A DNA stretch of 64,000 nt, taken from NCBI GenBank assembly GCA_964016885.1, contig OZ024740.1:246512001-246576000 (forward strand). Direction: 5' to 3'. Both the position numbers and the translations under genes were made by a program. Shown piece by piece: positions 40,001-55,000 of the stretch (the stretch's first letter is position 1; each line of letters starts with the position of its first letter). The notes under the pieces were generated by a model. The model was not told the origin of the DNA and did not search any database. It worked only from the letters and a program-made list of their open reading frames with translations. Source of the stretch: Eledone cirrhosa (lineage: Eukaryota).

Positions 40001-43000
40001 TGTCTGTGTCTACGGTTGTATGCCGTCTATGACTAGTCTGTGTCTACGGTTGTATGCCGTCTATGACTAGTCTGTGTCTACGGTTGTATGCCGTCTATGA
40101 CTAGTCTGTGTCTACGGTTGTATGCCGTCTATGCCTAGTCTGTGTCTACGGTTGTATGTCGTCTATGACTTGTCTGTGTCTACGGTTGTATGCCGTCTAT
40201 GCCTAGTCTGTGTCTACGGTTGTATGCCGTCTATGACTAGTCTGTGTCTACGGTTGTATGCCGTCTATGCCTAGTCTGTGTCTACGGTTGTGTGCCGTCT
40301 ATGACTAGTCTGTGTCTACGGTTGTATGCCGTCTATGACTAGTCTGTGTCTACGGTTGTATGTCGTCTATGACTAGCCTGTGTCTACGGTTGTATGCTGT
40401 CTATGACTAGTCTGTGTCTACGGTTGTATGCCGTCTATAACTAGACTGTGTCTACGGTTGTATGCCGTCTATGACTAGTCTGTGTCTACGGTTGTATGCC
40501 GTCTATGACTAGTCTGTGTCTACAGTTGTATGCCGTCTATGACTAGTCTGCGTCTACGGTTGTATGCCGTCTATGACTAGTCTGTGTCTACGGTTGTATG
40601 CCGTCTATGACTAGTCTGTGTCTACGGTTGTATGCCGTCTATGACTAGTCTGTGTCTACGGTTGTATGCCGTCTATGACTAGTCTGTGTCTACGGTTGTG
40701 TGCTGTCTATGCCTAGTCTGTGTCTACGGTTGTATGCCGTCTATGCCTAGTCTGTGTCTACGGTTGTATGTCGTCTATGACTTGTCTGTGTCTACGGTTG
40801 TATGCCGTCTATGCCTAGTCTGTGTCTACGGTTGTATGCCGTCTTTGACTAGTCTGTGTCTACGGTTTTATGCCGTCTATGACTAGTCTGTGTCTACGGT
40901 TGTATGCCGTCTATGCCTAGTCTGTGTCTACGGTTGTATGCCGTCTATGACTAGTCTGTGTCTACGGTTGTATGCCGTCTATGACTAGTCTGTGTCTACG
41001 GTTGTATGCCGTCTATGACTTGTCGGTGTCTACGGTTGTATGCCGTCTATGACTAGTCTGTGTCTACGGTTGTATGCCGTCTATGCCTAGTCTGTGTCTA
41101 CGGTTGTATGCCGTCTATGACTAGTCTGTGTCTACGGTTGTATGCCGTCTATGCCTAGTCTGTGTCTACGGTTGTGTGCCGTCTATGACTAGTCTGTGTC
41201 TACGGTTGTATGCCGTCTATGACTAGTCTGTGTCTACGTTTGTATGCCGTCTATGCCTAGTCTGTGTCTACGGTTGTATGCCGTCTATGACTAGTCTGTG
41301 TCTACAGTTGTATGCCGTCTATGACTAGTCTGTGTCTACGGTTGTATGCCGTCTATGACTAGTCTGTGTCTACGGTTGTATGCCGTCTATGACTAGTCTG
41401 TGTCTACGGTTGTATGCCGTCTATGCCTAGTCTGTGTCTACGGTTGTATGCCGTCTATGACTAGTCTGTGTCTACGGTTGTATGCCGTCTATGACTAGTC
41501 TGTGTCTACGGTAGTATTCCGTCTATGACTAGTCTGTGTCTACAGTTGTATGCCGTCTATGACTAGTCTGTGTCTACGGTTGTATGCTGTCTATGACTAG
41601 TCTGTGTCTACGGTTGTATGCCGTCTATGACTAGTCTGTGTCTACGGTTGTATGCTGTCTATGCCTAGTCTGTGTCTACGGTTGTATGCCGTCTATGACT
41701 AGTCTGTGTCTACGGTTTTATGCCGTCTATGACTAGTCTGTGTCTACGGTGTATGCCGTCTATGCCTAGTCTGTGTCTACGGTTGTATGCCGTCTTTGAC
41801 TAGTCTGTGTCTACGGTTTTATGCCGTCTATGACTAGTCTGTGTCTACGGTTGTATGCCGTCTATGCCTAGTCTGTGTCTACGGTTGTATGCTGTCTATG
41901 ACTAGTCTGTGTCTACGGTTGTATGCCATCTATGACTAGTCTGTGTCTACGGTTGATTGCCGTCTATGACTAGTCTGTGTCTACGGTTGTATGCCGTCTA
42001 TGACTAGTCTGTGTCTACGGTAGTATGCCGTCTATGACTAGTCTGTGTCTACAGTTGTATGCCGTCTATGACTAGTCTGTGTCTACGGTTGTATGCTGTC
42101 TATGACTAGTCTGTGTCTACGGTTGTATGCCGTCTATGACTAGTCAGTGTCTACGGTTTTATGCTGTCTATGCCTAGTCTGTGTCTACGGTTGTATGCCG
42201 TCTATGACTAGTCTGTGTCTACGGTTGTATGCCGTCTATGCCTAGTCTGTGTCTACGGTTGTATGCCGTCTATGACTAGTCTGTGTCTACGGTTGTATGC
42301 CGTCTATGACTAGTCTGTGTCTACGGTTGTATGCCGTCTATGCCTAGTCTGTGTCTACGGTTGTATGTCGTCTATGACTTGTCTGTGTCTACGGTTGTAT
42401 GCCGTCTATGCCTAGTCTGTGTCTACGGTTGTATGCCGTCTATGACTAGTCTGTGTCTACGGTTGTATGCCGTCTATGCCTAGTCTGTGTCTACGGTTGT
42501 GTGCCGTCTATGACTAGTCTGTGTCTACGGTTGTATGCCGTCTATGACTAGTCTGTGTCTACGGTTGTATGTCGTCTATGACTAGCCTGTGTCTACGGTT
42601 GTATGCTGTCTATGACTAGTCTGTGTCTACGGTTGTATGCCGTCTATAACTAGACTGTGTCTACGGTTGTATGCCGTCTATGACTAGTCTGTGTCTACGG
42701 TTGTATGCCGTCTATGACTAGTCTGTGTCTACAGTTGTATGCCGTCTATGACTAGTCTGCGTCTACGGTTGTATGCCGTCTATGACTAGTCTGTGTCTAC
42801 GGTTGTATGCCGTCTATGACTAGTCTGTGTCTACGGTTGTATGCCGTCTATGACTAGTCTGTGTCTACGGTTGTATGCCGTCTATGACTAGTCTGTGTCT
42901 ACGGTTGTGTGCTGTCTATGCCTAGTCTGTGTCTACGGTTGTATGCCGTCTATGCCTAGTCTGTGTCTACGGTTGTATGTCGTCTATGACTTGTCTGTGT

Positions 43001-46000
43001 CTACGGTTGTATGCCGTCTATGCCTAGTCTGTGTCTACGGTTGTATGCCGTCTTTGACTAGTCTGTGTCTACGGTTTTATGCCGTCTATGACTAGTCTGT
43101 GTCTACGGTTGTATGCCGTCTATGCCTAGTCTGTGTCTACGGTTGTATGCCGTCTATGACTAGTCTGTGTCTACGGTTGTATGCCGTCTATGACTAGTCT
43201 GTGTCTACGGTTGTATGCCGTCTATGACTTGTCGGTGTCTACGGTTGTATGCCGTCTATGACTAGTCTGTGTCTACGGTTGTATGCCGTCTATGCCTAGT
43301 CTGTGTCTACGGTTGTATGCCGTCTATGACTAGTCTGTGTCTACGGTTGTATGCCGTCTATGCCTAGTCTGTGTCTACGGTTGTGTGCCGTCTATGACTA
43401 GTCTGTGTCTACGGTTGTATGCCGTCTATGACTAGTCTGTGTCTACGTTTGTATGCCGTCTATGCCTAGTCTGTGTCTACGGTTGTATGCCGTCTATGAC
43501 TAGTCTGTGTCTACAGTTGTATGCCGTCTATGACTAGTCTGTGTCTACGGTTGTATGCCGTCTATGACTAGTCTGTGTCTACGGTTGTATGCCGTCTATG
43601 ACTAGTCTGTGTCTACGGTTGTATGCCGTCTATGCCTAGTCTGTGTCTACGGTTGTATGCCGTCTATGACTAGTCTGTGTCTACGGTTGTATGCCGTCTA
43701 TGACTAGTCTGTGTCTACGGTAGTATGCCGTCTATGACTAGTCTGTGTCTACAGTTGTATGCCGTCTATGACTAGTCTGTGTCTACGGTTGTATGCTGTC
43801 TATGACTAGTCTGTGTCTACGGTTGTATGCCGTCTATGACTAGTCTGTGTCTACGGTTGTATGCTGTCTATGCCTAGTCTGTGTCTACGGTTGTATGCCG
43901 TCTATGACTAGTCTGTGTCTACGGTTTTATGCCGTCTATGACTAGTCTGTGTCTACGGTGTATGCCGTCTATGCCTAGTCTGTGTCTACGGTTGTATGCC
44001 GTCTTTGACTAGTCTGTGTCTACGGTTTTATGCCGTCTATGACTAGTCTGTGTCTACGGTTGTATGCCGTCTATGCCTAGTCTGTGTCTACGGTTGTATG
44101 CTGTCTATGACTAGTCTGTGTCTACGGTTGTATGCCATCTATGACTAGTCTGTGTCTACGGTTGATTGCCGTCTATGACTAGTCTGTGTCTACGGTTGTA
44201 TGCCGTCTATGACTAGTCTGTGTCTACGGTAGTATGCCGTCTATGACTAGTCTGTGTCTACAGTTGTATGCCGTCTATGACTAGTCTGTGTCTACGGTTG
44301 TATGCTGTCTATGACTAGTCTGTGTCTACGGTTGTATGCCGTCTATGACTAGTCAGTGTCTACGGTTTTATGCTGTCTATGCCTAGTCTGTGTCTACGGT
44401 TGTATGCCGTCTATGACTAGTCTGTGTCTACGGTTGTATGCCGTCTATGCCTAGTCTGTGTCTACGGTTGTATGCCGTCTATGACTAGTCTGTGTCTACG
44501 GTTGTATGCCGTCTATGACTAGTCTGTGTCTACGGTTGTATGCCGTATATGACTAGTCTGTGTCTACGGTTGTATGCCGTCTATGCCTTGTCTGTGTCTA
44601 CGGTTGTATGCCGTCTATGACTAGTCTGTGTCTACGGTTGTATGCCGTCTATGACTAGTCTGTGTCTACGGTTGTATGCCGTCTATGACTAGTCTGTGTC
44701 TAAGGTTATATGCCGTCTATGACTAGTCTGTGTCTACGGTTGTATGCCGTCTATGCCTAGTCTGTGTCTACGGTTGTATGCCGTCTATGACTAGTCTGTG
44801 TCTACGGTTGTATGCCGTCTATGACTAGTCTGTGTCTACGGTTGTATGCCGTCTATGACTAGTCTGTGTCTACGGTTGTATGCCGTCTATGCCTAGTCTG
44901 TGTCTACGGTTGTATGCCGTCTATGACTAGTCTGTGTCTACGGTTGTATGCCGTCTATGACTAGTCTGTGTCTACGGTTGTATGCCGTCTATGACTTGTC
45001 TGTGTCTACGGTTGTATGCCGTCTATGACTAGTCTGTGTCTACGGTTGTATGCCGTCTATGACTAGTCTGTGTCTACGGTTGTATGCCGTCTATGACTAG
45101 TCTGAGTCTACGTTTGTATGCCGTCTATGCCTAGTCTGTGTCTACGGTTGTATGTCGTCTATGACTTGTCTGTGTCTACGGTTGTATGCCGTCTATGCCT
45201 AGTCTGTGTCTACGGTTGTATGCCGTCTTTGACTAGTCTGTGTCTACGGTTTTATGCCGTCTATGACTAGTCTGTGTCTACGGTTGTATGCCGTCTATGC
45301 CTAGTCTGTGTCTACGGTTGTATGCTGTCTATGACTAGTCTGTGTCTACGGTTGTATGCCATCTATGACTAGTCTGTGTCTACGGTTGTATGCCGTCTAT
45401 GACTAGTCTGTGTCTACGGTTGTATGCCGTCTATGACTAGTCTGTGTCTACGGTAGTATGCCGTCTATGACTAGTCTGTGTCTACAGTTGTATGCCGTCT
45501 ATGACTAGTCTGTGTCTACGGTTGTATGCTGTCTATGACTAGTCTGTGTCTACGGTTGTATGCCGTCTATGACTAGTCTGTGTCTACGGTTGTATGCTGT
45601 CTATGCCTAGTCTGTGTCTACGGTTGTATGCCGTCTATGACTAGTCTGTGTCTACGGTTGTATGTCGTCTATGACTTGTCTGTGTCTACGGTTGTATGCC
45701 GTCTATGCCTAGTCTGTGTCTACGGTTGTATGCCGTCTATGCCTAGTCTGTGTCTACGGTTGTATGCCGTCTATGACTAGTCTGTGTCTACGGTTGTATG
45801 CCGTCTATGACTAGTCTGTGTCTACGGTTTTATGCCGTCTATGACTAGTCTGTGTCTACGGTGTATGCCGTCTATGCCTAGTCTGTGTCTACGGTTGTAT
45901 GCCGTCTTTGACTAGTCTGTGTCTACGGTTTTATGCCGTCTATGACTAGTCTGTGTCTACGGTTGTATGCCGTCTATGCCTAGTCTGTGTCTACGGTTGT

Positions 46001-49000
46001 ATGCTGTCTATGACTAGTCTGTGTCTACGGTTGTATGCCATCTATGACTAGTCTGTGTCTACGGTTGATTGCCGTCTATGACTAGTCTGTGTCTACGGTT
46101 GTATGCCGTCTATGACTAGTCTGTGTCTACGGTAGTATGCCGTCTATGACTAGTCTGTGTCTACAGTTGTATGCCGTCTATGACTAGTCTGTGTCTACGG
46201 TTGTATGCTGTCTATGACTAGTCTGTGTCTACGGTTGTATGCCGTCTATGACTAGTCAGTGTCTACGGTTGTATGCTGTCTATGCCTAGTCTGTGTCTAC
46301 GGTTGTATGCCGTCTATGACTAGTCTGTGTCTACGGTTGTATGCCGTCTATGCCTAGTCTGTGTCTACGGTTGTATGCCGTCTATGACTAGTCTGTGTCT
46401 ACGGTTGTATGCCGTCTATGACTAGTCTGTGTCTACGGTTGTATGCCGTCTATGACTAGTCTGTGTCTACGGTTGTATGCCGTCTATGACTAGTCTGTGT
46501 CTACGGTTGTATGCCGTCTATGACTAGTCTGTGTCTACGGTTGTATGCCGTCTATGACTAGTCTGTGTCTACGGTTGTATGCCGTCTATGCCTAGTCTGT
46601 GTCTACGGTTGTATGCCGTCTATGACTAGTCTGTGTCTACGGTTGTATGCCGTCTATGACTAGTCTGTGTCTACGGTTGTATGCCGTCTATGACTTGTCT
46701 GTGTCTACGGTTGTATGCCGTCTATGACTAGTCTGTGTCTACGGTTGTATGCCGTCTATGACTAGTCTGTGTCTACGGTTGTATGCCGTCTATGACTAGT
46801 CTGTGTCTACGGTTGTATGCCGTCTATGCCTAGTCTGTGTCTACGGTTGTATGTCGTCTATGACTTGTCTGTGTCTACGGTTGTATGCCGTCTATGCCTA
46901 GTCTGTGTCTACGGTTGTATGCCGTCTATGACTAGTCTGTGTCTACGGTTGTATGCCGTCTATGCCTAGTCTGTGTCTACGGTTGTGTGCCGTCTATGAC
47001 TAGTCTGTGTCTACGGTTGTATGCCGTCTATGACTAGTCTGTGTCTACGGTTGTATGTCGTCTATGACTAGCCTGTGTCTACGGTTGTATGCTGTCTATG
47101 ACTAGTCTGTGTCTACGGTTGTATGCCGTCTATAACTAGACTGTGTCTACGGTTGTATGCCGTCTATGACTAGTCTGTGTCTACGGTTGTATGCCGTCTA
47201 TGACTAGTCTGTGTCTACAGTTGTATGCCGTCTATGACTAGTCTGCGTCTACGGTTGTATGCCGTCTATGACTAGTCTGTGTCTACGGTTGTATGCCGTC
47301 TATGACTAGTCTGTGTCTACGGTTGTATGCCGTCTATGACTAGTCTGTGTCTACGGTTGTATGCCGTCTATGACTAGTCTGTGTCTACGGTTGTGTGCTG
47401 TCTATGCCTAGTCTGTGTCTACGGTTGTATGCCGTCTATGCCTAGTCTGTGTCTACGGTTGTATGTCGTCTATGACTTGTCTGTGTCTACGGTTGTATGC
47501 CGTCTATGCCTAGTCTGTGTCTACGGTTGTATGCCGTCTTTGACTAGTCTGTGTCTACGGTTTTATGCCGTCTATGACTAGTCTGTGTCTACGGTTGTAT
47601 GCCGTCTATGCCTAGTCTGTGTCTACGGTTGTATGCCGTCTATGACTAGTCTGTGTCTACGGTTGTATGCCGTCTATGACTAGTCTGTGTCTACGGTTGT
47701 ATGCCGTCTATGACTTGTCGGTGTCTACGGTTGTATGCCGTCTATGACTAGTCTGTGTCTACGGTTGTATGCCGTCTATGCCTAGTCTGTGTCTACGGTT
47801 GTATGCCGTCTATGACTAGTCTGTGTCTACGGTTGTATGCCGTCTATGCCTAGTCTGTGTCTACGGTTGTGTGCCGTCTATGACTAGTCTGTGTCTACGG
47901 TTGTATGCCGTCTATGACTAGTCTGTGTCTACGTTTGTATGCCGTCTATGCCTAGTCTGTGTCTACGGTTGTATGCCGTCTATGACTAGTCTGTGTCTAC
48001 AGTTGTATGCCGTCTATGACTAGTCTGTGTCTACGGTTGTATGCCGTCTATGACTAGTCTGTGTCTACGGTTGTATGCCGTCTATGACTAGTCTGTGTCT
48101 ACGGTTGTATGCCGTCTATGCCTAGTCTGTGTCTACGGTTGTATGCCGTCTATGACTAGTCTGTGTCTACGGTTGTATGCCGTCTATGACTAGTCTGTGT
48201 CTACGGTAGTATTCCGTCTATGACTAGTCTGTGTCTACAGTTGTATGCCGTCTATGACTAGTCTGTGTCTACGGTTGTATGCTGTCTATGACTAGTCTGT
48301 GTCTACGGTTGTATGCCGTCTATGACTAGTCTGTGTCTACGGTTGTATGCTGTCTATGCCTAGTCTGTGTCTACGGTTGTATGCCGTCTATGACTAGTCT
48401 GTGTCTACGGTTTTATGCCGTCTATGACTAGTCTGTGTCTACGGTGTATGCCGTCTATGCCTAGTCTGTGTCTACGGTTGTATGCCGTCTTTGACTAGTC
48501 TGTGTCTACGGTTTTATGCCGTCTATGACTAGTCTGTGTCTACGGTTGTATGCCGTCTATGCCTAGTCTGTGTCTACGGTTGTATGCTGTCTATGACTAG
48601 TCTGTGTCTACGGTTGTATGCCATCTATGACTAGTCTGTGTCTACGGTTGATTGCCGTCTATGACTAGTCTGTGTCTACGGTTGTATGCCGTCTATGACT
48701 AGTCTGTGTCTACGGTAGTATGCCGTCTATGACTAGTCTGTGTCTACAGTTGTATGCCGTCTATGACTAGTCTGTGTCTACGGTTGTATGCTGTCTATGA
48801 CTAGTCTGTGTCTACGGTTGTATGCCGTCTATGACTAGTCAGTGTCTACGGTTTTATGCTGTCTATGCCTAGTCTGTGTCTACGGTTGTATGCCGTCTAT
48901 GACTAGTCTGTGTCTACGGTTGTATGCCGTCTATGCCTAGTCTGTGTCTACGGTTGTATGCCGTCTATGACTAGTCTGTGTCTACGGTTGTATGCCGTCT

Positions 49001-52000
49001 ATGACTAGTCTGTGTCTACGGTTGTATGCCGTCTATGCCTAGTCTGTGTCTACGGTTGTATGTCGTCTATGACTTGTCTGTGTCTACGGTTGTATGCCGT
49101 CTATGCCTAGTCTGTGTCTACGGTTGTATGCCGTCTATGACTAGTCTGTGTCTACGGTTGTATGCCGTCTATGCCTAGTCTGTGTCTACGGTTGTGTGCC
49201 GTCTATGACTAGTCTGTGTCTACGGTTGTATGCCGTCTATGACTAGTCTGTGTCTACGGTTGTATGTCGTCTATGACTAGCCTGTGTCTACGGTTGTATG
49301 CTGTCTATGACTAGTCTGTGTCTACGGTTGTATGCCGTCTATAACTAGACTGTGTCTACGGTTGTATGCCGTCTATGACTAGTCTGTGTCTACGGTTGTA
49401 TGCCGTCTATGACTAGTCTGTGTCTACAGTTGTATGCCGTCTATGACTAGTCTGCGTCTACGGTTGTATGCCGTCTATGACTAGTCTGTGTCTACGGTTG
49501 TATGCCGTCTATGACTAGTCTGTGTCTACGGTTGTATGCCGTCTATGACTAGTCTGTGTCTACGGTTGTATGCCGTCTATGACTAGTCTGTGTCTACGGT
49601 TGTGTGCTGTCTATGCCTAGTCTGTGTCTACGGTTGTATGCCGTCTATGCCTAGTCTGTGTCTACGGTTGTATGTCGTCTATGACTTGTCTGTGTCTACG
49701 GTTGTATGCCGTCTATGCCTAGTCTGTGTCTACGGTTGTATGCCGTCTTTGACTAGTCTGTGTCTACGGTTTTATGCCGTCTATGACTAGTCTGTGTCTA
49801 CGGTTGTATGCCGTCTATGCCTAGTCTGTGTCTACGGTTGTATGCCGTCTATGACTAGTCTGTGTCTACGGTTGTATGCCGTCTATGACTAGTCTGTGTC
49901 TACGGTTGTATGCCGTCTATGACTTGTCGGTGTCTACGGTTGTATGCCGTCTATGACTAGTCTGTGTCTACGGTTGTATGCCGTCTATGCCTAGTCTGTG
50001 TCTACGGTTGTATGCCGTCTATGACTAGTCTGTGTCTACGGTTGTATGCCGTCTATGCCTAGTCTGTGTCTACGGTTGTGTGCCGTCTATGACTAGTCTG
50101 TGTCTACGGTTGTATGCCGTCTATGACTAGTCTGTGTCTACGTTTGTATGCCGTCTATGCCTAGTCTGTGTCTACGGTTGTATGCCGTCTATGACTAGTC
50201 TGTGTCTACAGTTGTATGCCGTCTATGACTAGTCTGTGTCTACGGTTGTATGCCGTCTATGACTAGTCTGTGTCTACGGTTGTATGCCGTCTATGACTAG
50301 TCTGTGTCTACGGTTGTATGCCGTCTATGCCTAGTCTGTGTCTACGGTTGTATGCCGTCTATGACTAGTCTGTGTCTACGGTTGTATGCCGTCTATGACT
50401 AGTCTGTGTCTACGGTAGTATGCCGTCTATGACTAGTCTGTGTCTACAGTTGTATGCCGTCTATGACTAGTCTGTGTCTACGGTTGTATGCTGTCTATGA
50501 CTAGTCTGTGTCTACGGTTGTATGCCGTCTATGACTAGTCTGTGTCTACGGTTGTATGCTGTCTATGCCTAGTCTGTGTCTACGGTTGTATGCCGTCTAT
50601 GACTAGTCTGTGTCTACGGTTTTATGCCGTCTATGACTAGTCTGTGTCTACGGTGTATGCCGTCTATGCCTAGTCTGTGTCTACGGTTGTATGCCGTCTT
50701 TGACTAGTCTGTGTCTACGGTTTTATGCCGTCTATGACTAGTCTGTGTCTACGGTTGTATGCCGTCTATGCCTAGTCTGTGTCTACGGTTGTATGCTGTC
50801 TATGACTAGTCTGTGTCTACGGTTGTATGCCATCTATGACTAGTCTGTGTCTACGGTTGATTGCCGTCTATGACTAGTCTGTGTCTACGGTTGTATGCCG
50901 TCTATGACTAGTCTGTGTCTACGGTAGTATGCCGTCTATGACTAGTCTGTGTCTACAGTTGTATGCCGTCTATGACTAGTCTGTGTCTACGGTTGTATGC
51001 TGTCTATGACTAGTCTGTGTCTACGGTTGTATGCCGTCTATGACTAGTCAGTGTCTACGGTTTTATGCTGTCTATGCCTAGTCTGTGTCTACGGTTGTAT
51101 GCCGTCTATGACTAGTCTGTGTCTACGGTTGTATGCCGTCTATGCCTAGTCTGTGTCTACGGTTGTATGCCGTCTATGACTAGTCTGTGTCTACGGTTGT
51201 ATGCCGTCTATGACTAGTCTGTGTCTACGGTTGTATGCCGTATATGACTAGTCTGTGTCTACGGTTGTATGCCGTCTATGCCTTGTCTGTGTCTACGGTT
51301 GTATGCCGTCTATGACTAGTCTGTGTCTACGGTTGTATGCCGTCTATGACTAGTCTGTGTCTACGGTTGTATGCCGTCTATGACTAGTCTGTGTCTAAGG
51401 TTATATGCCGTCTATGACTAGTCTGTGTCTACGGTTGTATGCCGTCTATGACTAGTCTGTGTCTACGGTTGTATGCCGTCTATGCCTAGTCTGTGTCTAC
51501 GGTTGTATGCCGTCTATGACTAGTCTGTGTCTACGGTTGTATGCCGTCTATGACTAGTCTGTGTCTACGGTTGTATGCCGTCTATGACTAGTCTGTGTCT
51601 ACGGTTGTATGCCGTCTATGCCTAGTCTGTGTCTACGGTTGTATGCCGTCTATGACTAGTCTGTGTCTACGGTTGTATGCCGTCTATGACTAGTCTGTGT
51701 CTACGGTTGTATGCCGTCTATGACTTGTCTGTGTCTACGGTTGTATGCCGTCTATGACTAGTCTGTGTCTACGGTTGTATGCCGTCTATGACTAGTCTGT
51801 GTCTACGGTTGTATGCCGTCTATGACTAGTCTGTGTCTACGGTTGTATGCCGTCTATGACTAGTCTGTGTCTACGGTTGTATGCCGTCTATGCCTAGTCT
51901 GTGTCTACGGTTGTATGCCGTCTATGACTAGTCTGTGTCTACGGTTGTATACCGTCTATGACTAGTCTGTGTCTACGGTTGTATGCCGTCTATGACTAGT

Positions 52001-55000
52001 CTGTGTCTACGGTTGTATGCCGTCTATGCCTAGTCTGTGTCTACTGTTGTATGCCGTCTATGACTAGTCTGTGTCTACGGTTGTATGTCGTCTATGACTT
52101 GTCTGTGTCTACGGTTGTATGCCGTCTATGCCTAGTCTGTGTCTACGGTTGTATGCCGTCTATGACTAGTCTGTGTCTACGGTTGTATGCCGTCTATGCC
52201 TAGTCTGTGTCTACGGTTGTGTGCCGTCTATGACTAGTCTGTGTCTACGGTTGTATGCCGTCTATGACTAGTCTGTGTCTACGGTTGTATGTCGTCTATG
52301 ACTAGCCTGTGTCTACGGTTGTATGCCGTCTATGACTAGTCTGTATCTACGGTTGTATGCCGTCTATAACTAGACTGTGTCTACGGTTGTATGCCGTCTA
52401 TGACTAGTCTGTGTCTACGGTTGTATGCCGTCTATGACTAGTCTGTGTCTACAGTTGTATGCCGTCTATGACTAGTCTGCGTCTACGGTTGTATGCCGTC
52501 TATGACTAGTCTGTGTCTACGGTTGTATGCCGTCTATGACTAGTCTGTGTCTACGGTTGTATGCCGTCTATGCCTAGTCTGTGTCTACGGTTGTATGCCG
52601 TCTATGACTAGTCTGTGTCTACGGTTGTATACCGTCTATGACTAGTCTGTGTCTACGGTTGTATGCTGTCTATGACTAGTCTGTGTCTACGGTTGTATGC
52701 CGTCTATGACTAGTCTGTGTCTACGGTTGTATGCCGTCTATGACTAGTCTATGTCTACGGTTGTATGCCGTCTATGACTAGTCTGTGTCTACGGTTGTAT
52801 GCCGTCTATGCCTAGTCTGTGTCTACGGTTGTATGTCGTCTATGACTTGTCTGTGTCTACGGTTGTATGCCGTCTATGCCTAGTCTGTGTCTACGGTTGT
52901 ATGCCGTCTTTGACTAGTCTGTGTCTACGGTTTTATGCCGTCTATGACTAGTCTGTGTCTACGGTTGTATGCCGTCTATGCCTAGTCTGTGTCTACGGTT
53001 GTATGCCGTCTATGACTAGTCTGTGTCTACGGTTGTATGCCGTCTATGACTAGTCTGTGTCTACGGTTGTATGCCACCTATGACTTGTCGGTGTCTACGG
53101 TTGTATGCCGTCTATGACTAGTCTGTGTCTACGGTTGTATGCCGTCTATGCCTAGTCTGTGTCTACGGTTGTATGCCGTCTATGACTAGTCTGTGTCTAC
53201 GGTTGTATGCCGTCTATGCCTAGTCTGTGTCTACGGTTGTGTGCCGTCTATGACTAGTCTGTGTCTACGGTTGTATGCCGTCTATGACTAGTCTGTGTCT
53301 ACGTTTGTATGCCGTCTATGCCTAGTCTGTGTCTACGGTTGTATGCCGTCTATGACTAGTCTGTGTCTACAGTTGTATGCCGTCTATGACTAGTCTGTGT
53401 CTACGGTTGTATGCCGTCTATGACTAGTCTGTGTCTACGGTTGTATGCCGTCTATGACTAGTCTGTGTCTACGGTTGTATGCCGTCTATGCTATGCCTAG
53501 TCTGTGTCTACGGTTGTATGCCGTCTATGACTAGTCTGTGTCTACGGTTGTATGCCGTCTATGACTAGTCTGTGTCTACGGTTGTATGCCGTCTATGACT
53601 AGTCTGTGTCTACGGTTGTATGCCGTCTATGACTAGTCTGTGTCTACGGTTATATGCCGTCTATGACTAGTCTGTGTCTACGGTTGTATGCCGTCTATGA
53701 CTAATCTGTGTCTACGGTTGTATGCCGTCTATGCCTAGTCTGTGTCTACGGTTGTATGCCGTCTATGACTAGTCTGTGTCTACGGTTGTATGCCGTCTAT
53801 GACTAGTCTGTGTCTACGGTTGTATGCCGTCTATGACTAGTCTGTGTCTACGGTTGTATGCCGTCTATGCCTAGTCTGTGTCTACGGTTGTATGCCGTCT
53901 ATGACTAGTCTGTGTCTACGGTTGTATGCCGTCTATGACTAGTCTGTGTCTACGGTTGTATGCCGTCTATGACTTGTCTGTGTCTACGGTTGTATGCCGT
54001 CTATGACTAGTCTGTGTCTACGGTTGTATGCCGTCTATGACTAGTCTGTGTCTACGGTTGTATGCCGTCTATGACTAGTCTGAGTCTACGTTTGTATGCC
54101 GTCTATGCCTAGTCTGTGTCTACGGTTGTATGTCGTCTATGACTTGTCTGTGTCTACGGTTGTATGCCGTCTATGCCTAGTCTGTGTCTACGGTTGTATG
54201 CCGTCTTTGACTAGTCTGTGTCTACGGTTTTATGCCGTCTATGACTAGTCTGTGTCTACGGTTGTATGCCGTCTATGCCTAGTCTGTGTCTACGGTTGTA
54301 TGCTGTCTATGACTAGTCTGTGTCTACGGTTGTATGCCATCTATGACTAGTCTGTGTCTACGGTTGTATGCCGTCTATGACTAGTCTGTGTCTACGGTTG
54401 TATGCCGTCTATGACTAGTCTGTGTCTACGGTAGTATGCCGTCTATGACTAGTCTGTGTCTACAGTTGTATGCCGTCTATGACTAGTCTGTGTCTACGGT
54501 TGTATGCTGTCTATGACTAGTCTGTGTCTACGGTTGTATGCCGTCTATGACTAGTCTGTGTCTACGGTTGTATGCTGTCTATGCCTAGTCTGTGTCTACG
54601 GTTGTATGCCGTCTATGACTAGTCTGTGTCTACGGTTTTATGCCGTCTATGACTAGTCTGTGTCTACGGTTGTATGCCGTCTATGACTAGTCTGTGTCTA
54701 CGGTTGTATGCCGTCTATGACTAGTCTGTGTCTACGGTAGTATGCCGTCTATGACTAGTCTGTGTCTACAGTTGTATGCCGTCTATGACTAGTCTGTGTC
54801 TACGGTTGTATGCTGTCTATGACTAGTCTGTGTCTACGGTTGTATGCCGTCTATGACTAGTCTGTGTCTACGGTTGTATGCTGTCTATGCCTAGTCTGTG
54901 TCTACGTTTGTATGCCGTCTATGGCTAGTCTGTGTCTACGGTTGTATGCCGTCTATGCCTAGTCTGTGTCTACGGTTGTATGCCGTCTATGACTAGTCTG

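Noticed and set aside
33513-52203. Repeated 66-aa Cys/Val-rich ORFs (MSTVVCCLCLVCV...)
   Set aside because: Chance read-through of satellite monomers where variants remove stop codons; useful only as markers of higher-order periodicity.
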